DNA of 64,000 bases from Pecten maximus (lineage: Eukaryota). The stretch spans positions 1,674,001-1,738,000 of the forward strand of contig NC_047015.1 of the NCBI RefSeq assembly GCF_902652985.1, given 5' to 3'. The notes beneath the pieces are model-generated. The model was not told the DNA's origin and did not search any database. It saw nothing but the letters and a program-made list of their open reading frames with translations. A program made the position numbers and the translations under genes. Shown in pieces: positions 40,430 to 52,509 of this stretch. Positions within the stretch are counted from its first letter, which is position 1; every line of letters starts with the position of its first letter.

Positions 40430-41550
40430 GTTTGATATACAGGTTTACGGGTCTTTAATTAGTATAATATACAAGTGTACTGATCTTTAATTAGTATAAT
40501 ATACAAGTGTACGGATCTTTAATTAGTATAATATACAAGTTTCTCGCACCTCGGACAGGGAAATCTCACGTGATACCCAGTGCTAGATTTTTCTATCTCG
40601 TCCGATCTGTCTGGTACCTTTACCTGAGTTTTGGCGGAATTTTAACCCATTCATGTATTCATCCGCGCAAGTGACGTAATACTCTCGAATCGGTGAACAA
40701 GTGCACAAACCGCAATGCAGTATGTACTATGCATTGTTTGGTTGGTTGTTGTTTATTATTAAAATAATATGTACCGATTGATCATTGTTTTTCTTCTTTG
40801 ATATAACCGAACTATATTTTTACGCGAAAGGACTGAATTCGAAGCGCAGATGAAGTGGTTAATCGGCTTTGAACCGGGAGGCCCCAGACGGGATACTCTT
40901 ACACTCTAAACGCATATATAGATGGGTTGTTATTATACAACTAGATATATGTAAGAGGTGCGAGAAAAAAAATCTATTACCTGTAAGTGATCGAGTTCGG
41001 GTTATCTCAGTCTCGGGCTAAGATTCTGTAACATCCTCGGCTAATGCCTCGGTTGGGATTATGTTACAGAATCTTAGCCCTCGACTGAGATAACCCGATC
41101 TCGATCACTTAGAGGTAATAGATTTTATTAGTACGGATCTTTAATTAGTATAATATACAAGTGTACGGATCTTTAATGGGTCTGATATACAAGTGTGCGG
41201 ATCTTTAATGGGTCTGATATACAAGTGTACGGATCTTTAATTAGTATAATATACAAGTGTACGGATCTTTAATGGGTCTGATATACAAGTGTGCGGATCT
41301 TTAATGGGTCTGATATACAAGTGTACGGATCTTTAATTAGTATAATATACAAGTGTACGGATCTTTAATTAGTATAATATACAAGTGTACGGATCTTTAA
41401 TGGGTCTGATATACAAGTGTACGGATCTTTAATTAGTATAATATACAAGTGTACGGATATTTAATGAATCTGATATACAAGTGTACGGATCTTTAATGGG
41501 TCTGATATACAAGTGTACGGATGTTTAATGAGTCTGATATACAAGTGTAC
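40430..41550. repeat. 32-bp tandem array (GTACGGATCTTTAATTAGTATAATATACAAGT) split by a mobile element
   Basis: Copies at 40430-40540 and 41130-41550. Confidence 0.93.
40541..41130. mobile_element. Non-autonomous element with an internal inverted repeat and a long terminal hairpin (possibly Crypton-like)
   Basis: TTCTCGCACCTC (40541) is inverted to GAGGTGCGAGAA (40955), followed by a hairpin with ~65-bp arms at 40969-41126; it interrupts a 32-bp tandem array. Confidence 0.65.
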
Positions 41551-41639
41551 GGGCTATCAATTTATTCCATTTCAACAAATCTTATTGCATAGATAATACA
41601 AAAGGATAAGACGATACGACAACAGGCAAGCGGATATGC

Positions 41640-42360
41640 AGGCGTACGGGTCATTAATGGAATACAGGTGTACGGGTCATTAATGGTAAACAGGTGTACG
41701 GGTCATTAATGGTATACAGGTGAATGGGTCATTAATGGTATTCAGGTGTACGGGTCATTAATGAGATACACAGGTGTGAAAGTCATTAATGATATAAACA
41801 GGTGTACGGGTCTTTAATGGTATATACAGGTGTACTGGTCATTATTGATATAAACAGGTGTGAAAGACATTAATGATATAAACAGGTGTCCGGGTCATTT
41901 ATGATATGAACAGGTGTACGGGTCATTAATGGTATACAGGTGTACGGGTCATTAATGGTAAACAGGTGTACGGGTCATTAATGGTATTCAGGTGTACGGG
42001 TCATTAATGATATAAACAGGTGTACAGGTCATTAATGATATAAACAGGTGTACGGGTCATTAATGATATAAACAGGTGTACGGGTCATTAATGGTATACA
42101 GGTGTACTGGTCATTAATGGTATACAGGTGTACGGGTCATTAATGGTATTCAGGTGTACGGGTCATTAATGGTATTCAGGTGTACGGGTCATTAATGATA
42201 TAAACAGGTGTACGGGTCATTAATGATATACAGGTGTACGGGTCATTAATGGTATAAACAGGTGTACGGGTCATTAATGATATAAACAGGTGTACGGGTC
42301 ATTAATGGTATACAGGTGTACGGGTCATTAATGGTATACAGGTGTGCGGGTCATTAATGA
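41640..42360. repeat. Minisatellite, 26-28-bp unit (ACAGGTGTACGGGTCATTAATGGTAT)
   Basis: About 26 copies, ending ~17 nt from a splice donor. Confidence 0.96.
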
Positions 42361-42377
42361 TAAACAATCATCCTTAC

Positions 42378-43085
42378 CATCTGTGTTACTTTCAGTCTTC
42401 TCCAATTTACGGTGTTTGGTGCCAGGAGACGGAGCATCCTTCCTTGCTGTGGAGCTGACGATTTCGTCCGATGAAAATGCTGGATTTGAATGTGAATGTT
42501 TGGAAGATTTTACATAAGCCCTTGCGACACCATCAGTTTTCGTGCTAGATGAACTATGTCTATTTTCAGGTTTTTTCAATTCACCTTTGTATTCATAAGA
42601 TCGCACGTGCACACTGCCACGCTCGTCGTCATCACTGACGGGAAGGTTGAGTTTCAGTTCGTCCTGATTCCGCCACTTATTGCTGAGTTCGTGCTCCCTG
42701 GATTTCTCTTGCATTGCACGAAGTTTGGCACTATCGGTTGCGCACTGTGTCGACAGAGGCTGGTCGTTAAAGTCTAGAGATTTGCTTTGTTCCTCAGAGT
42801 ACCTAGGACCACCCTGGGGAGGTGGAGGGGGCGCCTTCTTTTGTCGATTATGTACCTCCACGGATGCAGTTCTTCCTCGATCCTCATTTCGGGGTCTTTC
42901 CTCTTTCCTTGTTCTCTCAAACGCCGGCGATTCCCTTCGTTTGCGTTCCTTCTTTCTCTTGGTACCTGTGAGATCACTGTGTGTGCGTTTGACCTTCGAC
43001 CCCTTTCTGACCGAGTCCTCATCGTTCCTTCTATAATTATGGTAGTACTGCTCCTCATCCTGGTACTCCACTATAATAGAACGAT
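42378..43085 (-). CDS. Uncharacterised membrane protein, coding exon 4 (charged, disordered)
   Basis: gtgcag| acceptor; DRSIIVEYQDEEQYYH...ESNTD; G|GTAAG donor; 708 nt open, phase 1/1. Confidence 0.82.
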
Positions 43086-43181
43086 CTGCACAAACAAAAC
43101 ATCAACATGTAACATTATAGATTGTGTTACGGCGATCCTCGCATACTGGACGTCCATTTACAAAGTGAGAAGAACAGAATA

Positions 43182-43388
43182 CTGTAAACGTACATATTTT
43201 AGCGGTAATTTTATTTTAGCGCTTTTCGCGCTGGAAGCCTTGCGCTAAATTATGATTGCGCTAATTACTTTTTGTACGTTCCATTTCTATAGAAAGTTCT
43301 GTGGATGCGCTAATTCATCATTGCGCTAACTGGCTAAAATCTGCAAATGCGCTAAAATTTGATTGCGCTAAAATAAGTACGTTTACAG
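43182..43388. mobile_element. Short TA-flanked MITE (~207 bp)
   Basis: TA|CTGTAAACGTACATATTTTAGCG ... CGCTAAAATAAGTACGTTTACAG|TA; internal GCGCTAA repeats. Confidence 0.85.
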
Positions 43389-43649
43389 TACATCATATAG
43401 AATACGAGATAAGAATGACATAGATGCTATGATAGAGAATAGCCGAGAGTACTAATACCGAAATACTATTAATAGATATAGGCTAGCTAATAGATTTACT
43501 CATATAGGAAGAACGTGGAAATATTGAAGAACAAAGGCAATCTAAGTTGGCATATGTTCATGCATTTCGCTTTCGTTAATTATTCCTTCACATTTACATT
43601 ACCATTGAACTATAAATGACGTATACTATTGTTGTTATACTAGCTGTAC

Positions 43650-43802
43650 CTCGCTGTCCGCCGAAGTTGTATGGGTACACACCCCCGTGTACACCCCCGT
43701 GTACGTAGTTGGAGTTGTATGGGTGGTACACGTGACTAGGCACCTGTTGGCTGTGGTACAGCTGCTGCATGTTCCCCTGGTACACCATGTGGCCATTGGC
43801 CG
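43650..43802 (-). CDS. Uncharacterised membrane protein, coding exon 3 (Y/H/Q/G-rich)
   Basis: tttctag| acceptor; SANGHMVYQGNMQQLYHSQQVPSHVYHPYNSNYVHGGVHGGVYPYNFGGQR; G|GTACAG donor; 153 nt, phase 1/1. Confidence 0.72.
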
Positions 43803-45444
43803 CTAGAAACAGGCGGGTACGGTAATTAGTCAATAATTAATTAATGCGATACAGTGACTCAGCGAGGTTTAAGGTAGTGTAGTATCGATTCTTGCATAAT
43901 TGTCAAGAGGTAAGATCAATGTTTTCTCTGGGAATTGATTAGCGACTACTACAAGCAGAGTTCAGTAACGAAGAGATGGAATATAACCTACAAGATGAAC
44001 CTAATGACGTCACAAGGAAAATCAAATTATGTTTTGTCTTAATATGAAAAAGGCAAACGAAAATATTTTTATAGAATGGTAACTTTTGTAGGTCTGAGGT
44101 TCCTGTCAATCATAAACGATAAACAGGAGGAAATATCCCCATTCTAAATAGTATATATCGAGTAATTCATAAAACTGCTTCAAACTGCTGTCTCGTCCTT
44201 CTTAGGCTCCTTGATGCATTATTCATAAAAAGACTTTGCATACAGTGTCACCTTGCAGCAAATACCTTCCAGTAATTTAAAACATTAATTACATATTTCT
44301 TAGAAGTAATGTCCACCAATTTAATAACAGTAATCACATTTCCGTCATACGATTAAATGTCTATAGCAGTGACTGATGACAGAGAGAAAACTTGTCCTAA
44401 ATGTCATGTCCTGTTACCTAATTAGAATGTACAGGTCGTCTAACATATTGGGATATACTCTCTAACTCATTCCATCATTTTTATTATTCAATATTTTAAA
44501 CACTGACTTCTATCTAGCTTCACTGATGATTTTTTGATACATACTGAATTCATCACTGAATTGATAAAAAAAAAATAAACAATAGACAATGAAAAAAAAA
44601 GAGTAAAGAATAAAATATAAAAACAATGCCACGGTGACACGAACACCCAGTAAAACAATACAATACAAAACAATGATAAAGGAAATCAGCGCGGTATGTC
44701 ACACCACACGGCGTACGTGCGTAAACCCACGGTTTACTCGGCAGATGGCGCCTAAGTGACGTAACATCCGGGCCCCAATCACAGTTTGTTTCCAAGCCCC
44801 AGTCACAGTTTGTTCACATTTCGACAGATTTCAAAACACTTGCTAATAACACACAAATATAGAACTGCTTACGTCCGGTACAGAATAACATGATGTTTAC
44901 CTACAGAACCTTTACTGTAGACCTGTCTTAATGTATTAATTTTAACAAAGTCCCTACAGGGACGGTGGTTATATATACATCAAACCCTTATGTTCAATAT
45001 TTACAGAAGAATCTGACGGAAAGCACTACCTCCAGTCTTATACAATCCTGTGAATAGTTTGTATACTATTCACAGCATTCTCCAATATAAGTAGTTTGTA
45101 TACTATTCACAGCATTCTCCAATAGAAGTAGTTTGTATACTATTCACAGCATTCTCCAATATAAATTTTGCGCCATAATGACATCAGTACGATATTACTG
45201 TCCCAGGACTAAACACAGGCTCACAATAGCAATGTATTCGTCACCCAATTTAGCTCTATAGTCAGGTCAGAACACAGCCATTTCAGCGTACATACAAAGC
45301 TTGTTAATTTGTATACAGATACAAGATATATATGTATAACATCATAATTATGCACAACATAATTTATACAAAACAGTTCAACATTTTCCATCACAAACGA
45401 CATCACATGCACGGAACTACAAAAACATGCCATTCAATATATGG

Positions 45445-46122
45445 TCAGATCTACCAAAGGTGCGAGATAAGGTAAGCATTGGACAGGACATCAGATCTAC
45501 CCAAGATGCGAGATAAGGTAAGCATTGGACATCAGATCTACCCAAGATGCGAGATAAGGTAAGCATTGGACATCAGATCTACCCAAGATGAGAGATAAGG
45601 TAAGACAGGACATCAGATCTACCCAAGATGAGAGATAAAGTAAGACAGAACATCAGATCTACCCAAGATGAGAGATAAGGAAAGACAGGACATCAGATCT
45701 ACCCAAGATGAGAGATAAGGTAAGACAGGACATCAGATCTACCCAAGATGAGAGATAAGGTAAGACAGGACATCAGATCTACCCACGATGAGAGATAAGG
45801 TAAGTATTGGGCAGGACATCAGATCTACCCAAGATGAGAGATAAGGTAAGTATTGGGCAGGACATCAGATCTACCCAAGATGAGAGATAAGGTAAGACAG
45901 GACATCAGATCTACCCAAGATGAGAGATAAGGTAAGACAGGACATCAGATCTACCCAAGATGAGAGATAAGGTAAGTATTGGGCAGGACATCAGATCTAC
46001 CCAAGATGAGAGATAAGGTAAGTATTGGGCAGGACATCAGATCTACCCAAGATGAGAGATAAGGTAAGACAGGACATCAGATCTACCCAAGATGAGAGAT
46101 AAGGTAAGTATTGGACAGAACA
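45445..46122. repeat. Minisatellite, 40/45-bp unit (CATCAGATCTACCCAAGATGAGAGATAAGGTAAGACAGGA)
   Basis: About 16 copies. Confidence 0.96.
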
Positions 46123-46399
46123 TGCGTGATACAGGGGAGAAGACCAGGTAAATATTACAGGCTGACAACAGTAAGCGGTGTGGGTTACAGAGACAGCTGA
46201 ATACGAATTCTAATGGAGCAGTATCAACTTCTAGGTCATATTAGAATATAATTAGGTCCAGATTGTATCGGATAACACTTGTCCATTCTTTTGGTGGGGG
46301 ATAGTAAAATCAAAGTCATTCAGAGCGTCGTATGAATTGTAGATTTCATTACCATACAAATGTACATAAGTAGGACGGCATAGCACGACACAGGCAGTC

Positions 46400-47050
46400 C
46401 TACAGTATACAGGTAGGGACAGATGTAGGACAGGTATTCATACAGAATACAGGTAGGGACAGATGTAGGACAGGTATTCATACAGTACAGGGATAGGAAC
46501 AGATGTAGGACAGGTATTCCTACAGTACAGGGATAGGAACAGATGTAGGACAGGTATTCCTACAGTATACAGGTAGGGACAGATACAGGGTAGGCAGTCC
46601 TACAGTATACAGGTAGGGACAGATGTAGGACAGGTATTCCTACAGTTTATAGGTAGGGACAGATGTAGGACAGGTATTCCTACAGTTTATAGGTAGGGAC
46701 AGATGTAGGACAGGTATTCCTACAGTTTATAGGTAGGGACAGATGTAGGACAGGTATTCCTACAGTTTATAGGTAGGGACAGATGTAGGACAGGTATTCC
46801 TACAGTTTATAGGTAGAGACAGATGTAGGGCAGGTATTCCTACAGTTAACAGGTAGGGATAGATGTAGGACAGGTATTCCTACAGTTAACAGGTAGGGAC
46901 AGATGTAGGACAGGTATTCATACAGTATACAGGTCGGGACAGATGAAGGACAGGTATTCCTACAGTATACAGGTAGGGACAGATGTAGGACAGGTATTCC
47001 TACAGTATATAGGTAGGGACAAATGTAGGACAGGTATTCCTATAGTTTAT
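46400..47050. repeat. Minisatellite, 40-bp unit (TACAGTATACAGGTAGGGACAGATGTAGGACAGGTATTCC)
   Basis: About 16 copies. Confidence 0.96.
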
Positions 47051-47459
47051 ATTACCCATACCTACCAATAATAATTAGCTACTGATTTAAAACATATATT
47101 TAACGCTTTCCTCGCGTAATATTCAAGGTACAAGAAAGTTTCACTACACAATAATACTTTATTATTATATCTATTAGAACAGACGATGTGTCCAAGTATC
47201 GTCGACCCCGTGCGTTTATAGGGCTGTGTTCATGATTCAAGAGAAGAAATACTCAGCAAAAAATCCAGATCAACATAAAGAAAATAATTTGTTGACCTGA
47301 ACATACAAAATAATAATGCAATGAAGCTATTGCGAAACATAGGGAAACTATTAAGCGATAAAGCAAGAAAAACAGATACAATGTATACATATTAGTGGTA
47401 AGGCCATAGAAAACACTGGTTAGTAAGCCAGGGTACAGGACTAGTCACGAGTAACCTAC

Positions 47460-47770
47460 ACTGGGCTAGTCTCTGCTCTGACGTGGCTCTCTGTAGAGAC
47501 GGAGCCCGCTTTGGTCTATCAACGTAATAGGCATCGGACGGACCTGTCGAGTACATAGACGGTGCTCCCATCCACAGTCCTGCGCTCCCGACCTTGGGAA
47601 GCCGGGGGTCAACACGTGGTTCCATTCTGGGGTCAATGCGAGGGTCAAGTCGTGGATCAAGGTGAGGGTCAAGGCCATTACCAAAGTTGCTATTTTTACT
47701 AAGACTTGCATCTGTAGTTGAATTCAAATGCTGAAAGCTTCTCCCACGGTTTTTGCTATCACGCATTCGC
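47460..47770 (-). CDS. Uncharacterised membrane protein, coding exon 2 (basic juxtamembrane segment, DPR repeats)
   Basis: ttacag| acceptor, phase 2 in; RMRDSKNRGR...LDPHLDPRLDPRIDPRMEPRVDPRLP...; T|GTAGGT donor phase 1 matches the next exon. Confidence 0.75.
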
Positions 47771-48154
47771 CTGTAAAGAAATACAATGTCGTTAAACAAA
47801 ACATGCAGCCCAAACCAAATAATATATTTTAGTTATTGCAGCCAAGGTGAACCCTTTTCCAACATGCGGGTCAACCGTTCTCACCTCCGGCCGGATAAAA
47901 CACACGTAACACGTGATTCTCTGGCAGTTCTTTCGATATCCGATTATGTCTGGGTTGTTTGTCCTCTGTCCTGTTAAAGTTGATACATAACCATACATAA
48001 ATATACACTTCATTACAATGATTACATCTACATTTACATTTGGTCCATCACTACAGTGATGATTATTCAACGACATAGACAGGCTGATAAAAGATAACAT
48101 TTACAGTGTACATGGATAAAGTCGCCCTTAGCTTCAAAGTCGCCCTTAGCTTCA

Positions 48155-49472
48155 GTTTAAAGCTTGCTAGGGACCCTGAAGTGACGATATCTGGCGGTAG
48201 AGAATTCCAAATCTGTATGATATTTAGAAAGAAGCTGTATTAAAAGTAGTCTGTGGAATGAGGATTGTTGATACAGACAGGGTACAGGGATGAGCGTGTA
48301 GTTTTTACTGGTGGTTTCATGTCAAATCATGCGTCTATTCACAAAAGTTGGTTGTGTATTTAATAAAACCTTGTAAGCCTGATGTTATCTCTGTGTGTTT
48401 GTCTGATATGTTGTGATGGCGGTCTGTAATGTAACAAGCAGATCTTCTTTGTACTCTTTTTTGGAATATTTTTATAATGTTAGAGTGTCAATGTGTCTGT
48501 CCCAGTTCATGTTGTGTGATAATGTTACCCCCAGATATTTAGCATATTTGATTTTTTTTCCAAAGTGTGACCTTTAGGTTTGTAGGATGAGATGAGTGGT
48601 GACCTTTAGGTTTGTAGGATGAGATGATTGGTGACATTCGCTTGCTTCCTATCAGTGAGAACCTCGCCACTCTGTAAGGACCTATTGAAGATCTGTGTGA
48701 GGGTTGGTACAAGCTCAGTGGGAACCTCGCCACTCTGTAAGGACCTATTGAAGATCTGTGTGAGGGTTGGTACAAGCTCAGTGGGAACCTCGCCACTCTG
48801 TAAGGACCTACTGAACATCTGTGTGAGGGTTGGTACAAGCTCAGTGGGAACCTCGCCACTCTGTAAGGACCTATTGACGATCTGTGTGAGGGTTGGTACA
48901 AGCTCAGTGGGAACCTCGCCACTCTGTAAGGAACTATTGACGATCTGTGTGAGGGTTGGTACAAGCTCAGTGGGAACCTCGCCACTCTGTAAGGACCTAT
49001 TGAAGATCTGTGTGAGGGTTGGTACAAGCTCAGTGGGAACCTCGCCACTCTGTAAGGACCTATTGAAGATCTGTGTGAGGGTTGGTACAAGCTCAGTGGG
49101 AACCTCGCCACTCTGTAAGGACCTATTGACGATCTGTGTGAGGGTTGGTACAAGCTCAGTGGGAACCTCGCCACTCTGTAAGGACCTATTGAAGATCTGT
49201 GTGAGGGTTGGTACAAGCTCAGTGGAGAAGAGTTTGAGTATACGTCCATAGATTTCACCTGGACAAGTGACTTTAGAAGGGTCAATATTGTTTAGTAGTG
49301 TATAAGTGGCATTTTTTGGAATGTTACTTGGTTGTATTTATGGTTTGTTGTCCTGTCCCACTGTGAATACAGAGTGATATTGTTTGTGTTATCGACTAGT
49401 AGTCATCTGATCTTAATGGCCCTTCGCTAGTGTTGTCTTTTTCCAGGTTTTTGTTATAACTTTAGAATTTCT

Positions 49473-49515
<43 letters not shown>

Positions 49516-49790
49516 TGTGACATAAGATGTTAACTAGATAAGGCCAGTTGGATTTACGGTTTTTTCCTTTCTGTAAAATTCGTTTTGTCCTCTTTATGAT
49601 TTCCTTACGGAGGATTGTTTTTGTTCATTATCTTAGATTGTTTGTTTCCTATTAAAGCTTTATAATTCCACGGGATCTGCTCTTTATTTGGGTTTATTTA
49701 TTTTGTTGGGACAGTTTCTTGCATCTGGTATCTTTCTTAAAAGTATGGAAGTTAGAAGTATTCAGACCAGAATGATTTTGATTCATTTTG
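48155..49790 (-). mobile_element. Decayed non-LTR retrotransposon (L2/CR1-type LINE ORF2 remnant, RT core deleted)
   Basis: Minus-strand fragments in LINE order: ELVPTLTQIFNRSLQSGEVLTDRKQANVT, KGHTLE..AKYLGVTLSHNMNWDRHID, VQRRSACYI, YSFFLNIIQIWNSLP...LASFKL. Confidence 0.75.
48652..49224. repeat. 63-bp unit x9 derived from LINE ORF2 sequence
   Basis: TCAGTG at 48652 and 49219 are 567 bp (9x63) apart; the minus strand reads PTELVPTLTQIFNRSLQSGEV. Confidence 0.97.
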
Positions 49791-50514
49791 TTGCATAAAT
49801 AATTTCCTATGTGTTTTCTTGACTTTGTCACCAGTGTCTATCGATTATCATGCTTATCAACATTGTGTTCTTAATCCAACGTGGGAAAGTTAACGTATGG
49901 CTATCTGACTGGATCAAGTTAAGGCAGGTTAGCTTACAGGTGGCAGAAAATATCGGGTTATCTACCCGGTGACAACTAACCCCGGTTATCTGACTGGATC
50001 AAGTTAAGGCCTGTTAGCCCACATACGCTAGCTGGTATGGAGCGGTGTAATAAACAGCTAGCTCACATTGTTGACATTCTCTAGGTGGTATGAAGCAATA
50101 CATTTATTGATAAGATTTTTTTTCACTCTAAACCATAAAAGCGTTCGTCAAGGTATACGGATATCGTAGATTTCTGGATTACAAGCTTTTTGTAAACGAT
50201 TGAAATCTGTCCCAAACGTTATTTATGTTACTTCACTAGACAGTTATAAGATCGCTGACAAAGACTAGGAAGCCGACGTTAAATCCACTTTTTCACTGGC
50301 TTGTGAAAATATGACGATTTGTACTAACGCCAGTGACTACATCACTGTGTATCTTAATTAATGTGTGTGACTTTATGTTACAGACCGACAATCCTTCACC
50401 CGACTAAAATGTGTCCTAAATGTCTATTCTTGGTCATCAATGTGACTCCTTGACGACCCGCGGGCACCTGTCGACTGATACCCGTCAACATAGTCGGTAT
50501 AGGTCAACATCAGT

Positions 50515-51512
50515 GTGTACAGACCCTCAGGACGTCGCACCCAATAAACGTCTGTACAGACCCTCAGGACGTCGCACCCAATAAACGTCTGTACAGACCC
50601 TCAGGACGAGGCACCCAATAAACGTCTGTACAGACCCTCAGGACGAGGCACCCAATAAACGTCTGTACAGACCCTCAGGACGAGGCACCCAATAAACGTC
50701 TGTACAGACCCACAGCACGAGGCACCCAATAAACGTCTGTACAGACCCACAGCACGAGGCACCCAATAAACGTCTGTACAGACCCTCAGGACGAGGCACC
50801 CAATAAACGTCTGTACAGACCCTCAGGACGAGGCACCCAATAAACGTCTGTACAGACCCTCAGGACGAGGCACCCAATAAACGTCTGTACAGACCCTCAG
50901 GACGAGGCACCCAATAAACGTCTGTACAGACCCTCAGGACGAGGCACCCAATAAACGTCTGTACAGACCCACAGCGCGAGGCACCCAATAAACGTCTGTA
51001 CAGACCCTCAGGACGAGGCACCCAATAAACGTCTGTACAGACCCACAGCGCGAGGCACCCAATAAACGTCTGTACAGACACACAGCACGAGGCACCCAAT
51101 AAACGTCTGTACAGACCCACAGCACGAGGCACCCAATAAACGTCTGTACAGACCCTCAGGACGAGGCACCCAATAAACGTCTGTACAGACCCTCAGGACG
51201 AGGCACCCAATAAACGTCTGTACAGACCCTCAGGACGAGGCACCCAATAAACGTCTGTACAGACCCTCAGGACGAGGCACCCAATAAACGTCTGTACAGA
51301 CCCTCAGGACGAGGCACCCAATAAACGTCTGTACAGACCCTCAGCGCGAGGCACCCAATAAACGTCTGTACAGACCCTCAGGACGAGGCACCCAATAAAC
51401 GTCTGTACAGACCCTCAGGACGAGGCACCCAATAAACGTCTGTACAGACCCTCAGGGCGAGGCACCCAATAAACGTCTGTACAGACCCTCAGGACGAGGC
51501 ACCCAATAAACA
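50515..51512. repeat. Minisatellite, 37-bp unit (GTCTGTACAGACCCTCAGGACGAGGCACCCAATAAAC)
   Basis: About 27 copies. Confidence 0.98.
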
Positions 51513-51674
51513 TCTACTTTACACTTTAAGTATATCTAAAATATCAGCTCGACCAGCCCAAGCTTTACGAATGTCATTACCACAGGACTCTATAGATTTT
51601 TCAAATTGTTTAATGAATTGTCGACCTGTGTTGCTCGGCACCAGTCACATGTGTCAATGGAAGGGACAAGCTAT

Positions 51675-52320
51675 CATAGACTAAAAACTGAGGAATAGTC
51701 AAAATCCACCAATAGACTGAAACTCGCTGAGGAACAGTCACAGGCCACCAATAGACTGAAACTCACTGAGGAACAGTCACAGGCCACCAATAGACTGAAA
51801 CTCGCTGAGGAACAGTCACAGGCCACCAATAGACTGAAACTCACTGAGGAACAGTCACAGGCCACCAATAGACTGAAACTCGCTGAGGAACAGTCAAAAT
51901 CCACCAATAGACTGAAACTCACCGAGGAATAGTCAAGGCCACCAATAGACTGAAACTCACTGAGGAACAGTCACAGGCCACCAATAGACTGAAATTCACC
52001 GAGGAACAGTTACAATCCACCAATAGACTGAAACTCATTGAGGAACAGTCACAGGCCACCAATAGACTGAAATTCACCGAGGAATAGTCACAGACCACCA
52101 CTATACTGAAACTCACTGAGAAACAGTCACAGGCCACCAATAGACTGAAACTCACCGAGGAATAGTCACAGGCCACCAATAGACTGAAACTCACTGAGGA
52201 ACAGTTACAGGCCACCAATATACTGGTACTCGCCGAGAAATGGTCATAAGCTACTGTAGACTGAAACTCATCTAGGAATGGTCACAAGCCATCATCGACT
52301 GAAGCTTGCTGAGAAACAGT
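51675..52320. repeat. Minisatellite, 39-bp unit (CCACCAATAGACTGAAACTCACTGAGGAACAGTCACAGG)
   Basis: About 16 copies, degenerate toward the right end. Confidence 0.95.
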
Positions 52321-52408
52321 CCTTCGGACTAAATATAGCTACCAACAATTTATAGGGCCCGCCTTATCAAACAATATAGGCAAAATATTAAACGAATTCA
52401 TGTCTTAC

Positions 52409-52509
52409 CCGCATGTACAGTAGATCATGATAGCTATGAGGACGAGGAGAACGATGAGACCAGCGATGGAGCCGCCGATGATGGCGATGAGTTCCTGTGT
52501 GTTCACCAT
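52409..52509 (-). CDS. Uncharacterised single-pass membrane protein, coding exon 1 (N-terminal TM helix)
   Basis: ACCATGG Kozak context with in-frame TAA TAA just upstream; MVNTQELIAIIGGSIAGLIVLLVLIAIMIYCTC(G); GG|GTAAG donor; acceptor at 52525/52524 implies upstream UTR exon(s). Confidence 0.8.

Noticed and set aside
42556-43248. Plus-strand ORFs of 73-153 aa
   Set aside because: They are antisense shadows of the minus-strand coding exon 42378-43085.
48539-49285. 248-aa and 207-aa ORFs
   Set aside because: These are off-frame or antisense readings of the 63-bp array; only the QIFNRSLQSGEV frame is meaningful, as a LINE remnant.
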